From positions 1 through 45,144 of IMG/VR virus record IMGVR_UViG_3300032253_000005: 45,144 bases of DNA; one strand, 5' to 3'. The stretch comes from a virus. Lineage: Duplodnaviria; Caudoviricetes. The position numbers and the translations under genes were made by a program. Positions 18,127 to 26,659 of the stretch are shown here, piece by piece. The notes beneath the pieces are model-generated. The model saw nothing but the letters and a program-made list of their open reading frames with translations. It did no database searches and was not told the DNA's origin. Position 1 is the stretch's first letter. Every line of letters starts with the position of its first letter.

Positions 18127-18695
18127 GTTTCGTTGCTGCCCTCACGTCCGCCATCGTCCGCGAGAGCTTGTCGTTTCAGGTTCGGGATGTGGATCTTCTC
18201 GCGCCAGGTGTCCCGGCAGAGCGTGGACCACGTCCCCCATGCTGCCCAGTACGGGATGGCGTGGTCGACCGAGAAGCGCTCCAGCTCCTCGACGCTGCAC
18301 CGCAGCCCGTCCCGTGTGTTCGTCACGTCCCAGCGCAGAGGGTAGTCGGGCACGGTCTCACCCAGGTGCCGCATGGCATCGCGCATCGCTCGAGCCGAGG
18401 CCCTGGACAGCTTCAGCCGGTCGGCCAGGCGCACGGGCGAGCGGGCCACGGCGTGGTGCGGGGAGACGCAGAGGGAGGTGCCTCGCTTCCCTGCTGCCCG
18501 TGCGCAGATCGCCTCGACGTGGACCTGGGGCAGCCCGTGCCGGTGCCACCGCTCGGCCATCCAGCGTCGTGCCTGGATCGGCTTGCGGTTGAGCCAGACG
18601 ATGCAGGAGTTCTTGCTGACCGGCCCCAACCAGAGCAGGCAGCCCGTGGCTGGGTCGATCCGCGTCTCTCTGCTGCCGGTGTCCGGTGCTGGCAT
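18123..18695 (-). CDS. Degenerate HNH (homing-endonuclease-type) protein
   Basis: GCLLWLG...ARR...C...CVSPHH matches GCWxWxG..AHR..HxC..CVNPxHL with active-site substitutions. Confidence 0.6.
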   Translation of the reverse strand: MPAPDTGSRETRIDPATGCLLWLGPVSKNSCIVWLNRKPIQARRWMAERWHRHGLPQVHVEAICARAAGKRGTSLCVSPHHAVARSPVRLADRLKLSRASARAMRDAMRHLGETVPDYPLRWDVTNTRDGLRCSVEELERFSVDHAIPYWAAWGTWSTLCRDTWREKIHIPNLKRQALADDGGREGSNET

Positions 18696-18701
18696 GGCCC
18701 G

Positions 18702-18730
18702 ACCGTACCACGCTGGCCGTGCAATGGAAA
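18702..18730 (-). promoter_or_regulatory. Putative leaderless promoter TTTCCA-N17-(TG)TACGGT, 6 nt before ATG 18695
   Basis: Extended -10, no SD before the start codon. Confidence 0.45.
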
Positions 18731-18782
18731 GCCTCACGCGCAGGCGCAGGCACGCACCCAAGTGTCCCTCCGCTGCCTCTCG

Positions 18783-18908
18783 TCAACTGTGCTCCCAGGG
18801 TGCTCCGGTGTACGGCTCTGGCTTCGGCTGCCAGTCAGGGCGGCACTCTTGGCAGCCGTCGAGCCGGTCGCCACAGTTCGGGCAGCTGTCGTCGTGGTCG
18901 GTGTTCAT
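18783..18908 (-). CDS. Small Cys-rich protein (41 aa)
   Basis: MNTDHDDSCPNCGDRLDGCQECRPDW...; ATGA overlap. Confidence 0.55.
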   Translation of the reverse strand: MNTDHDDSCPNCGDRLDGCQECRPDWQPKPEPYTGAPWEHS

Positions 18909-19405
18909 GCCAGCAACCAGCCGGCGGCGGCATCCGCCAGGACCGAGCGCTGGTCCGGGGCGATGGATGTCAGCGCGATGCGGGCGGACCCGTGGTGTGC
19001 GATGTCACCGCGATCAACGAACATGAGCCACTCCATGGCGACTCCGCGACGGCCGGCGCTGGAGAAGAGAGTGGCTGGCTCGAGCTGCACCCTGGCCGGC
19101 GTACCGCAGCGGTCGAGTAGAGCCTGGAGGCTGGAAGCCGAGGCCAGGCACAGGTCCGATGAGTCGTGGAAGCGTGCCACGCCCAGCTCCTCGATCAGCG
19201 TCGGCAGGATCCCAGCGGTAATGAGCGCCAGCTCCCTGCCTCGACCCGCGCCATGGTGGGAGTCGAAGCCGTGCGCTGCCAGTACCTTGCCGGTCAGCCT
19301 GTCCCAGCTCCCCAGCATGGCGTCGCTCGCCAACTCCACGGCTGGGCTCCTGCGCCAGTCGATGAGCGCGGACAGGAACGGGGCCTCGCTCTTAGAACGC
19401 GACAT
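18905..19405 (-). CDS. Hypothetical protein
   Basis: GGGAGG RBS, 166 aa. Confidence 0.6.
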   Translation of the reverse strand: MSRSKSEAPFLSALIDWRRSPAVELASDAMLGSWDRLTGKVLAAHGFDSHHGAGRGRELALITAGILPTLIEELGVARFHDSSDLCLASASSLQALLDRCGTPARVQLEPATLFSSAGRRGVAMEWLMFVDRGDIAHHGSARIALTSIAPDQRSVLADAAAGWLLA

Positions 19406-19817
19406 CGGCGCCTCCCTTCGCGCACTCTTGGCACTCTGCGGTCTCGTCCCCGGACCCGTGACAGGCCAGGCAGATACCGCGCAGCTTGGCGATGTCCTCG
19501 ATGCGATCGCGCACCGTGGCTGGTATGCGCGAGTCAGCCAGGAACGTCGGCCAGGCCAGCAGTCGCAGCATGTCCTCGCCGAAGTCTCTCATCATGTCAG
19601 GCATTGCGTCTTCCTCCACTTGTCTCGTTGGCGCTACGATTCCGATCACGGTGTAGCCCGCGCATCGTGACCCGACGGCAGCGCCACTGTCGGGTTCTAC
19701 CAGGAAGCCAGGGCCTAGTAGGTGATCGTCGTCCGGCATGAGGATGGCATGGGGCTTGCCGGTGGTGTCGGCCATGCTATGGGCTCGCGCCCACAGTGCC
19801 TCGCTCTTTTCGGTCAT
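19392..19817 (-). CDS. Hypothetical protein with C-terminal CxxC-CxxC (possibly two fused genes)
   Basis: GGAGG RBS; internal GGAGG+ATG near 19606. Confidence 0.55.
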   Translation of the reverse strand: MTEKSEALWARAHSMADTTGKPHAILMPDDDHLLGPGFLVEPDSGAAVGSRCAGYTVIGIVAPTRQVEEDAMPDMMRDFGEDMLRLLAWPTFLADSRIPATVRDRIEDIAKLRGICLACHGSGDETAECQECAKGGADVAF

Positions 19818-20062
19818 CGGTCGTGGTCCTCCGCGTCGGGGTGGTCGGGCCAGTTGCTAGGGTCGTTGCAGCCGTCGAGCAAGCAGGCGCACGACTGAAA
19901 CACCTGCCCGGACGGCAATGGCTCCGGCAACAGCTGGACAGCGACACCGCACCCCTGGCATACAGCCGGCGTCGCTTCGATCTCTCGGCGGTGGCGATCT
20001 TCGCCAGCATCACGCCTGGCCCGCACTGCCCGCCACTCTCTCTCACTCATGCGTCTGGTCAT
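19814..20062 (-). CDS. Small Cys-rich hypothetical protein
   Basis: CQGC...CAC...C; AGGAGG RBS, ATGA overlaps. Confidence 0.6.
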   Translation of the reverse strand: MTRRMSEREWRAVRARRDAGEDRHRREIEATPAVCQGCGVAVQLLPEPLPSGQVFQSCACLLDGCNDPSNWPDHPDAEDHDR

Positions 20063-20631
20063 CGGCGCTCCCTCCTTGCGATTGATAGTAGCACGTCACG
20101 AAACTCTGATGGCGTAGCGGCTCGCTGGTTCTTACTGAGTCTCTCCAGCATCCCGCGCCGTGGTGAGTCGCCAGGCCTGCGCGGTGGGGCGCTCGGACCC
20201 ATGGCCAGGTCTTCGGGTCGAGGGCCGGAGCAGTAGAGCCAAGTCGGCTTGCGGGCCATGTGCCCGTAGTGCCCCTGCTCGACGCAGCATGTCCAGCCGC
20301 CGGGGGCCTCGATCCAGCCGCCTCCGAACGGTGGGGCCGGGATGCCGTGATGGGCCCATGCCTTGCTGTTGGCTGGGTGCTCCAGCACTCCGCCCCACTG
20401 GCGGACAGCGGACAGCGCAGCGGAGAAGCAGCCGCCGTCATCGCCCAGCTGGTAGCGCTTCGTGCCGGACGGTGAACCGAACCAGTAGTTCCCCCAGCGT
20501 GCGCAGGGCGGGTGGGCGACCACGGGATGCGGTCCAGCGTACTGTCTCGCGTCCCGTCGCTCGTCCCACGGGTCGACTCCATCGACCCCTTGGTAGCAGC
20601 CTCGCGGCTGCACATAGAGCGCGGCGATCAT
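20059..20631 (-). CDS. C5-cytosine DNA methyltransferase-like protein (short form)
   Basis: AHPPC (motif IV), VLEHP (motif VI-like), Q..YGH...K.TWL (motif VIII-like); no FxGxG motif I. Confidence 0.7.
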   Translation of the reverse strand: MIAALYVQPRGCYQGVDGVDPWDERRDARQYAGPHPVVAHPPCARWGNYWFGSPSGTKRYQLGDDGGCFSAALSAVRQWGGVLEHPANSKAWAHHGIPAPPFGGGWIEAPGGWTCCVEQGHYGHMARKPTWLYCSGPRPEDLAMGPSAPPRRPGDSPRRGMLERLSKNQRAATPSEFRDVLLSIARRERR

Positions 20632-20634
20632 CGG

Positions 20635-20826
20635 TCACGCTCCGGGCAGGGACTTGCGCACCTCGGCCACCAGCTTTCGCCGGACCTCGGCCCGCATGGA
20701 TTCGACGTCACTGCGGTGGACGTGGTCCGCGCAGTAGGCGTCATCACTCAGCACGTCGCGGATGTCCCGCAGCGCTTGGCAGTATTCGTGCCGCGCCCAC
20801 TGGGACGGGGTCGGCTGGCTGATCAT
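20635..20826 (-). CDS. Hypothetical protein
   Basis: AGAGGA RBS before ATG 20826. Confidence 0.55.
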   Translation of the reverse strand: MISQPTPSQWARHEYCQALRDIRDVLSDDAYCADHVHRSDVESMRAEVRRKLVAEVRKSLPGA

Positions 20827-20857
20827 AGTGTCCTCTTTCTGCCGGATGGCCTCCGGC

Positions 20858-21520
20858 TCAGTGATGTTCGATGACGATCGAGGCCCGGCGGCTGCCGGAC
20901 TCCGCTCCGTTGCAGGCGAGACAGTCGGAGCATTGCCGGTCGCTGACCGACGCTGGGCAGACGATCTCACCCGGCATGGGCTCGGCCCGGCCCTTGGGAG
21001 CGACCCGGAAGGTGCGCCAGCCCTTGGACTGCGCTTCTGCAGCGTCGGCTCGGCTGTTGCAGCTGGCCATCACCAGCGGCCGGAGAGCCGACCGGAAGCG
21101 GCGCCACTGGTGAGTGTACCCCGTGCGCCCAGCGGCACGGCTCGACAGCGCTCTCCAGATGCGTGGTGGCACCGCTGCTGGGTCACCGTAGGATCCGATC
21201 CGCACGAGCCGACCGGCGCCCACTGCAGCTGGCGAGCGATCGTGATAGACGCCACGGTGGTAGGCTCGCCAGACGCTCAGCGGGGCCTGGAACGTGGCAA
21301 CGTAGCAGCCCCCGCCCTTACTGGGTCGCATGGGACACGAGCCGCACACGGCTTCATCGGCTCCCGTGCGCTGCGCTTCGTGCGGCGCTTCGTCCTCGGC
21401 GAGAATCCAGGTCTGGATCATGTCGCCCGTCTTGCGGTTCTGCGTGCCGTCGGTGGCGATGACGACGATGGGACGGCTGTTGATCCGCGACGGACCACGG
21501 TAGATCACCGAGCCGCTCAT
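20858..21520 (-). CDS. Cys-rich conserved phage protein (gp88/DUF7227-like, possible Fe-S enzyme)
   Basis: NRKTG, CGSCP..GGCY, RIGSYGDP, GYTH, CPA..C..C..C motifs. Confidence 0.65.
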   Translation of the reverse strand: MSGSVIYRGPSRINSRPIVVIATDGTQNRKTGDMIQTWILAEDEAPHEAQRTGADEAVCGSCPMRPSKGGGCYVATFQAPLSVWRAYHRGVYHDRSPAAVGAGRLVRIGSYGDPAAVPPRIWRALSSRAAGRTGYTHQWRRFRSALRPLVMASCNSRADAAEAQSKGWRTFRVAPKGRAEPMPGEIVCPASVSDRQCSDCLACNGAESGSRRASIVIEHH

Positions 21521-21954
21521 TGGTCCATCCCAAGTGCGCTGCGCCAGCGGCCGACCGCACTAGTGGGACCGCGCTTGAGGAGCGCGGACCGAACCTGAGC
21601 GTAGGAATCAGCGGAGTCTGAAAACTCCCGATCCTCCATGCTCCACATCATGGGGCCCTGTAGGTGCCCGCTACCGCGGTGCCATTCCAGCCAGTTGCGA
21701 AGGATGCAGCCGTCGTCACTCCGCGGCTTGCGGATCGCCTTGACCTCGCCACGCTTCATCGCAGCGAGCGACAGTCCATCCTCGACCGCGTCCACGATCC
21801 GCTGCGGGAGGACGCTCAGGAGCCCCATTGAATCCGTGAACTCGGCAATCGCCCGGACTGCAGCGAGGTACAGCTCCAGCGTAGGCTCGCGATTGGATGC
21901 CGCGATGGCCTCCAGCGCGACCACGGCTGGCTCTCTCTTGCTGTTGTCTTTCAT
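21517..21954 (-). CDS. Hypothetical protein
   Basis: AGGAG RBS, 145 aa. Confidence 0.65.
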   Translation of the reverse strand: MKDNSKREPAVVALEAIAASNREPTLELYLAAVRAIAEFTDSMGLLSVLPQRIVDAVEDGLSLAAMKRGEVKAIRKPRSDDGCILRNWLEWHRGSGHLQGPMMWSMEDREFSDSADSYAQVRSALLKRGPTSAVGRWRSALGMDQ

Positions 21955-22027
21955 TGTCTTTCTCCTAGTGGCATGGCGCGCCGCCCTCACCGTGGCCACG
22001 ATGGGGGCGGCTGGTCACGTCACTGTC

Positions 22028-22051
22028 GTCCTGCTGTCCTGCTGTCCTGCT
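22028..22051. repeat. Tandem 8-bp repeat GTCCTGCT x3 (related copies at 22512-22530)
   Basis: Read directly. Confidence 0.8.
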
Positions 22052-22271
22052 ACTCGGCAGGGAACCTCGCCAAGAGGTCGTCGGACCAGACGATGCGGAT
22101 CGTCTTGTCCCCGAAGGTCCAGAAGGTCCGTGGCGTGCCCTCGCGGACACTGGCTGCCGGCCCGATGGCGCCGCACTCTGCGCGAGCCACGGATACTGCG
22201 TGGTCCACGTCATCCGCCAAGACGACCTCGGCCGGGAACTCGGGGAATCTCACTTTGTACTGCGTCGCCAT
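22050..22271 (-). CDS. Hypothetical protein, first gene of the putative early operon
   Basis: GGAG RBS before ATG 22271. Confidence 0.65.
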   Translation of the reverse strand: MATQYKVRFPEFPAEVVLADDVDHAVSVARAECGAIGPAASVREGTPRTFWTFGDKTIRIVWSDDLLARFPAE

Positions 22272-22307
22272 CTGTCGTGTCTCCAAGGCATGGGAAAGGC
22301 AAGGCGC

Positions 22308-22348
22308 CCGGCTCACCGCGACACCTGCGAAGGCATCCGGTGAGCCGG
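22308..22348. promoter_or_regulatory. 11-bp perfect hairpin CCGGCTCACCG/CGGTGAGCCGG in the early leader
   Basis: Inverted repeat, 19-nt loop. Confidence 0.55.
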
Positions 22349-22855
22349 TGGTCTAGTCTCTCGTTGACGCGGGATACTGCGATCCTTCCCGATCGCCGGC
22401 TCAAGTCTGGCCATACCGCGTGGTACCGTTCCTCGCCGAACCCTCGCAAGGGTCGACGGTTTCCGGCCTAGGTTGTCAAAGGTCGCCACTGCTCTGCGCT
22501 TCCTACTGCGCCCTGCTGTCCTGCTCCTGCGTGCCTCGCGTCTGCCGCCCGGCCCATCGGGGCTCGTGGCTCGCAAGGGATATCAGCCATCCGGCTGGGT
22601 CCACTCCGCGCTGCACAAGGGGAAGCGAGATCCCGTAGCAGACCGAAGGAGCGAAATAGCAGTGCCACACATTCGCCATGTACTAGCTACAGGCGTGGCT
22701 GCGCTGGGCGCGCGATGAGGCCCTGCCAGCTGCGACCCCGGTGGGCGCGATGGCCACGGGATGCGATGACCACCAGCTCGGCGACGGGCGCGGGACGACC
22801 GAGGAGGCTGGGGGCTTGACGGGTCCCACTCACCCCTCATCCGCTGCGACACCGA

Positions 22856-22892
22856 GGGGGCCCCGGGGTGGCCGGGGGGTTCTGGGCAGGGG
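22856..22892 (+). other. G-quadruplex-type motif in the long non-coding region
   Basis: G5-N4-G4-N5-G6-N4-G3-N2-G4. Confidence 0.6.
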
Positions 22893-23184
22893 TCAAGGAG
22901 AAATCCCCCTACTCACGGTTCCTTCGCCGAGGCGCTGCAAGGATTCTTGCGCTGGCGTCGGCGGTGACCAGGCTCGCAAGCTCGCCCCTGTCCTCGCTTC
23001 GCTGCGGCAGGTTCATTGCCATCGCAGATCGAGGGAAGGATGCGCTAGCACCGACCGATGTAAGGCAGTGCTGTTCCGGCTCCGTGTGCTAGGGCACACT
23101 CCGCCGGGTGCGCGATTGTGACAGCGCGATTGTCGGGCGTTTTGCAGCGCTCGTCAAGCGTCGAGTGAAGGCGTCACACACTGA

Positions 23185-23213
23185 CGCAAGTCGTGGTTCT
23201 TCAGTGACTTACG
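23185..23213. promoter_or_regulatory. 29-bp palindromic site S1 CGCAAGTC-N13-GACTTACG
   Basis: Intergenic; same geometry as S2-S6. Confidence 0.7.
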
Positions 23214-23219
23214 GCGCTG

Positions 23220-23624
23220 CTACGCTCGTGGCGGTCTCAGAAACTTGTCACGCATGATGGCTGGGACGTCGATCACGGTGACTCCTTTGGCCTTGGCCTG
23301 TCGGACCATGTTCGCCGTTCCACGGCCCCCTGGAAAGGCGACGACGGCGATGGGCCCTGGCATTGGAAGGAGCCTGTCGAGCATCTCGCGGTTGCGGATA
23401 GGGCCGGCCGCCTTGCCGTGGACCTTCCAGTTGGCCTCGATCTCCAGGACCTGCGTGTCGCGCCCGCTGGCCCACTTCCTGGCCAGCTCGTCGGCGCCCC
23501 GCGCACCGCCCTCGATGATCGTGTCTGGAGCGATCGAGTCGAGAACGCGGCTGACGCACATAGCATCTTTGTAGTCCCTGCCGCCGCAGACGATGATGGA
23601 CCGCGGACTGCCTGGGTTGCTCAC
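23220..23624 (-). CDS. SLOG-family protein (DUF2493/YspA-like)
   Basis: [42 protein letters not shown] motifs. Confidence 0.9.
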   Translation of the reverse strand: MSNPGSPRSIIVCGGRDYKDAMCVSRVLDSIAPDTIIEGGARGADELARKWASGRDTQVLEIEANWKVHGKAAGPIRNREMLDRLLPMPGPIAVVAFPGGRGTANMVRQAKAKGVTVIDVPAIMRDKFLRPPRA

Positions 23625-24064
23625 GGCGCCAGGCTCGGGACGAGGACGCTGTCTACGTCTCCGCCGCACGTCGTCACGAGACGGCACGCGATCTCGCACG
23701 CCTCCTCTGCCGATGCCCCGGCCGCCATCGCCCCAAGCGCAACCTCGGCACCAGATCCCCAGGCCCACACGCCAGGGTACTCGGTGGGCTCTGCGTACCT
23801 CGAGTAGTAGCTCGCCATGTTTGGCGTTGAGCTGCAAACTACGATGATCCCGGAAGGGTCTGCCCATTCACGCGGAACAGGGAACTCGAGTGTCCTCTCC
23901 CGGTACCATCGGTGCAGGGCGTCGCACTCATCCAGGTCACCCATGCCCGCCGCTGCGTAGCCATCTCCGGTCACGAGCTTCATCGCCTCCCTGGCCAGGT
24001 CGTGGCCGTTGACGTGCAACCGATCGCACGCTAGAACCCCGTCCTTCAGCGCTATGACTGTCAT
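23621..24064 (-). CDS. Ntn-hydrolase peptidase (HslV/proteasome-beta-like)
   Basis: N-terminal MT-VIA...LACD, AWGSG...ALGAM..GASAEEA..IA......GG. Confidence 0.8.
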   Translation of the reverse strand: MTVIALKDGVLACDRLHVNGHDLAREAMKLVTGDGYAAAGMGDLDECDALHRWYRERTLEFPVPREWADPSGIIVVCSSTPNMASYYSRYAEPTEYPGVWAWGSGAEVALGAMAAGASAEEACEIACRLVTTCGGDVDSVLVPSLAP

Positions 24065-24186
24065 CCTTGGTCCTCCTTGAGCGGTGTGTCTCTGGCTGGC
24101 TCCAGGGCGGCCTTGGCCCAGGCAATGAAGGCCCGGTTGCTGCGAATGACGGCTCGCCACGAACGTCCGCGAAAGTTGTACTTCAT
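24061..24186 (-). CDS. Small hypothetical protein (41 aa)
   Basis: AGGAGG RBS, ATGA overlaps. Confidence 0.55.
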   Translation of the reverse strand: MKYNFRGRSWRAVIRSNRAFIAWAKAALEPARDTPLKEDQG

Positions 24187-24473
24187 GGGTCGCCCTCCTG
24201 GGGCGGTGGTGCTTTCTGGGAGGCCCATGCCTTGATGAAGGCGACCTCGAGCCAGCCTGGGTCGCCGCAGTCGTCGGCCTCGCCGTCCCACTCGAAGACC
24301 GTGGCCTGCTCGATGCGCCACCCGTCGCGGTCGAAGTCGTAGCTGATGCGGATGTCGTCAGCAGCACGGACGTCTATGAGGCCGACGAGTATGTAGCTGG
24401 GGCTCTCGGGGAGCCGTGGATACCAGAGGTCCGCAAGGGTGTGAGTCCCGTCACGGCTTACGCCAAGAGTCAT
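24183..24473 (-). CDS. Hypothetical protein
   Basis: GGAG RBS; DVRAADDIRISYDFDRDGW. Confidence 0.65.
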   Translation of the reverse strand: MTLGVSRDGTHTLADLWYPRLPESPSYILVGLIDVRAADDIRISYDFDRDGWRIEQATVFEWDGEADDCGDPGWLEVAFIKAWASQKAPPPQEGDP

Positions 24474-24655
24474 CCTGGATCTCCCTTGATCTCGACATGG
24501 GACTGCTCGCCGTTCCAGAAAAGATGGCCTATGAGTCCGAGCAGGGCCTCCTTCGGCCATGTGCTATCAACGGACTGGCCGAGGAAGGTGTAGTCGTGCC
24601 AGTCTCCGGCGTGGCCGGCAACGGCAGCTTCGATCGCTTCTTCGCGTGTCGTCAT
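24470..24655 (-). CDS. Hypothetical protein
   Basis: 61 aa, ATGA overlap. Confidence 0.55.
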   Translation of the reverse strand: MTTREEAIEAAVAGHAGDWHDYTFLGQSVDSTWPKEALLGLIGHLFWNGEQSHVEIKGDPG

Positions 24656-24680
24656 CCTTCGTCGATCTCCCGCTCGGTCT

Positions 24681-24941
24681 TCATGGCCCTGGAATCTCGT
24701 GGCGCAGGATCGGCTTGGCGGAGTACACCTCTTTCATTGCAGCCAGCGAGTCCTGGAACCACGCGGGGTTGTCCTTGTAGAGCGTCCGCCACTTCACCGC
24801 CCTTGGGTCGCCAAAGGGGTTCCCTCGAGAGATCGCCTGGTTGGCGTCGAGTTCTCCCTGGCTGATCGTCAGAGAGTCGACGGCCCTGGCCTTGCGGAGC
24901 CTGACCAGGCGGAGGATGCGCCGATGTGCGTAGGTCGTCAT
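24681..24941 (-). CDS. Hypothetical protein
   Basis: GGAG RBS before ATG 24941. Confidence 0.55.
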   Translation of the reverse strand: MTTYAHRRILRLVRLRKARAVDSLTISQGELDANQAISRGNPFGDPRAVKWRTLYKDNPAWFQDSLAAMKEVYSAKPILRHEIPGP

Positions 24942-25036
24942 TTCGTCAGTCTCCGATAGAGCCGGTTCGCCTGCCGCCTGGCCGGTAGGTCGTCGAGCCA
25001 CCAGAGGGCGACGGCGAGGGCGAGCCAGAAGGTCAC
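24938..25036 (-). CDS. 32-aa membrane peptide
   Basis: MTFWLALAVALWWLDD...; GTGA/ATGA overlaps. Confidence 0.45.
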   Translation of the reverse strand: MTFWLALAVALWWLDDLPARRQANRLYRRLTK

Positions 25037-25140
25037 GTGAGCAGCTCCCGGATGAGCCAAAGCACGAAGGCCCAGCCGAGCACTCCGATCAGGACCAGGA
25101 GGCCGAACCCGAGGGCCTTGAGGGCTTGCTTGGTGGTCAT
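25033..25140 (-). CDS. Small membrane peptide
   Basis: LGFGLLVLIGVLGWAFVLWLI TM; alternative GTG start at 25194. Confidence 0.55.
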   Translation of the reverse strand: MTTKQALKALGFGLLVLIGVLGWAFVLWLIRELLT

Positions 25141-25190
25141 GACGCTGCGTCGATGCGTCGATGACGGCTGCGCTCTCTTGTCGTGGCCCG

Positions 25191-25511
25191 TCACTCCCCC
25201 TCCGGCAGCAGCCCAGCCCCGTCGAGGGCGCGGAGGATGGCGAGGAGCGGGGACGGTTCCTCGCGCCACTCCAGCTCTTGGCTGCCCACGTAGACATACG
25301 CCGAGTAGTAGCCGCCCACCGTGTCAATGGATGCGGTCACGTCTGGCAGCGCTACGCACTTCGCCAGCAGCGCGACGAGGAGGTCCGCACCGAGCCTGCC
25401 GCGCCCCATGAGCAACAGTTGCCCAGCCTGTCCAGGCGGGAGCCCGCAGACGCCCATCCCGCACCACATCGCCCCGCGCACTGCGAGGGCTGTTTCGTTG
25501 TCGTCAGTCAT
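25191..25511 (-). CDS. Hypothetical protein
   Basis: ATGA overlap; C-terminal SPLLAILRAL helix. Confidence 0.6.
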   Translation of the reverse strand: MTDDNETALAVRGAMWCGMGVCGLPPGQAGQLLLMGRGRLGADLLVALLAKCVALPDVTASIDTVGGYYSAYVYVGSQELEWREEPSPLLAILRALDGAGLLPEGE

Positions 25512-25840
25512 GCTCGCTTCCCATGCATACGCGCTCGGTCTCGGTTCTTGGCCATCTTGTCTACGATCGCCTGCTCCAAGTTGATCCCGAGAGCCTCGGC
25601 TGTGTCGAACACTCGGATGCAGATGTCGGCCAGCTCCTCGCGGAAGTTGTCGGGGTCGTCCTTTCGCACGGCCTCGGCAGCCTCGGCGACCTCTGTAGAG
25701 ATGAGCATGAGCCAAGACAGGACGTGCCGAGGCTCCGCCCATGCGTCAGGCAATGGCATGTCGTCGTGGAAGCCGTGCTCCCTCGCTGTGCGGTGCGCTT
25801 CTTCGGCGTACTCATTGAGCTTCCCAAATCCGTAGCTCAC
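25508..25840 (-). CDS. mazG: MazG-like nucleoside triphosphate pyrophosphohydrolase
   Basis: TEVAEAAEA.RK...EELAD..IR..D and KMAKN..R...HGK motifs. Confidence 0.85.
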   Translation of the reverse strand: MSYGFGKLNEYAEEAHRTAREHGFHDDMPLPDAWAEPRHVLSWLMLISTEVAEAAEAVRKDDPDNFREELADICIRVFDTAEALGINLEQAIVDKMAKNRDRARMHGKRA

Positions 25841-26244
25841 CCCAGCCCCCTAACCGCCCGCAGCGCGAGCAGGCAGGCGTCGGTGGTGGCGTGGGGCTGG
25901 GTGGGGCGATCAAGGTCGCGGACTGCAACCAGCGGGCCCGTGATGGATCCGTTCCCTGCCCTGGCGGTGCCGTCTGGGAGCGTCGCGACCCATTGATTCT
26001 CGCCCGTCTCCCGCGCCGTGAACCCAGCCAGCTCGGCGGCCTGGGCGTGGTCGGTGCGGTAGTTTGGGATGGGGAACAGGTTGCCCTGGCCAGGAGGCTT
26101 GCCGTCGTCCTCGACGAGCATCCCCTCCAGGATGATGAGCCCCATCGCCAGCGCAGCCTCCACCGCAGCGGCTGCGTCGTCCATGATGGACACGTCTGGA
26201 TGGGCCGCGACGTGGGCGCGGTACTCGGGGGTCGGGGTGGTCAT
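25837..26244 (-). CDS. Hypothetical phage protein (ABA-sandwich-like)
   Basis: IPNYRTD..QA motif and C-terminal AC..AL helix. Confidence 0.55.
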   Translation of the reverse strand: MTTPTPEYRAHVAAHPDVSIMDDAAAAVEAALAMGLIILEGMLVEDDGKPPGQGNLFPIPNYRTDHAQAAELAGFTARETGENQWVATLPDGTARAGNGSITGPLVAVRDLDRPTQPHATTDACLLALRAVRGLG

Positions 26245-26507
26245 GCGTCGGCCTCCGGATCAAACGCAGAGCACACGGGCCTGCCGCGCTCGTCGTGTGT
26301 CCACTCTGCGGGATAGTCGGCAGAGTCCACGTCATGGGCCAGGGCCAGGGCCAGGGCGATCAATCGGCACCCGTCCTCCGGCCTGCCTTCGCGGGCTGCC
26401 CAATCCTGCGTGCAGCGGTCGCACCATACGTGCTGGAACATCCCTCCCTCGGTGCCATTGCTGGGTCGGTAAGGCTTGCCAGACAACGCTAGAATCTCGT
26501 AAGGCAT
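26241..26507 (-). CDS. Conserved Cys-containing phage protein
   Basis: YRPSNGTEG..F...WC..C...C...YP.EW...P.C..F. Confidence 0.65.
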   Translation of the reverse strand: MPYEILALSGKPYRPSNGTEGGMFQHVWCDRCTQDWAAREGRPEDGCRLIALALALAHDVDSADYPAEWTHDERGRPVCSAFDPEADA

Positions 26508-26659
26508 CACCCCTCCTCCGCGACGGTCTCGCCGCAGCGCGAGCAGGTAAGAGCGGCCCGCTCGGAAGCAGCTCTGCGCTCGGCGTACCAGCCGAGCAGC
26601 GCGACCACGATGCCGAGCAAGAAGCCGGCCAGCAATGCTCTGTCGCTGTCGGGGTTCAT
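26507..26659 (-). CDS. Small membrane protein (50 aa, not in ORF track)
   Basis: MNPDSDRALLAGFLLGIVVALLGWYAERR...CSRCGETVAEEG; overlaps both neighbours. Confidence 0.6.
   Translation of the reverse strand: MNPDSDRALLAGFLLGIVVALLGWYAERRAASERAALTCSRCGETVAEEG

Noticed and set aside
17934-19670. Long 578-aa plus-strand ORF (and similar long antisense ORFs, e.g. 35541-37445, 30667-32307)
   Set aside because: Shadow ORFs typical of high-GC DNA, opposite well-supported genes, with Arg/Pro/Ala-biased composition
24432-24462. Additional palindrome-family site CGCAAGGG...GGCTTACG
   Set aside because: Spacer is 15 rather than 13 bp and arms are degenerate
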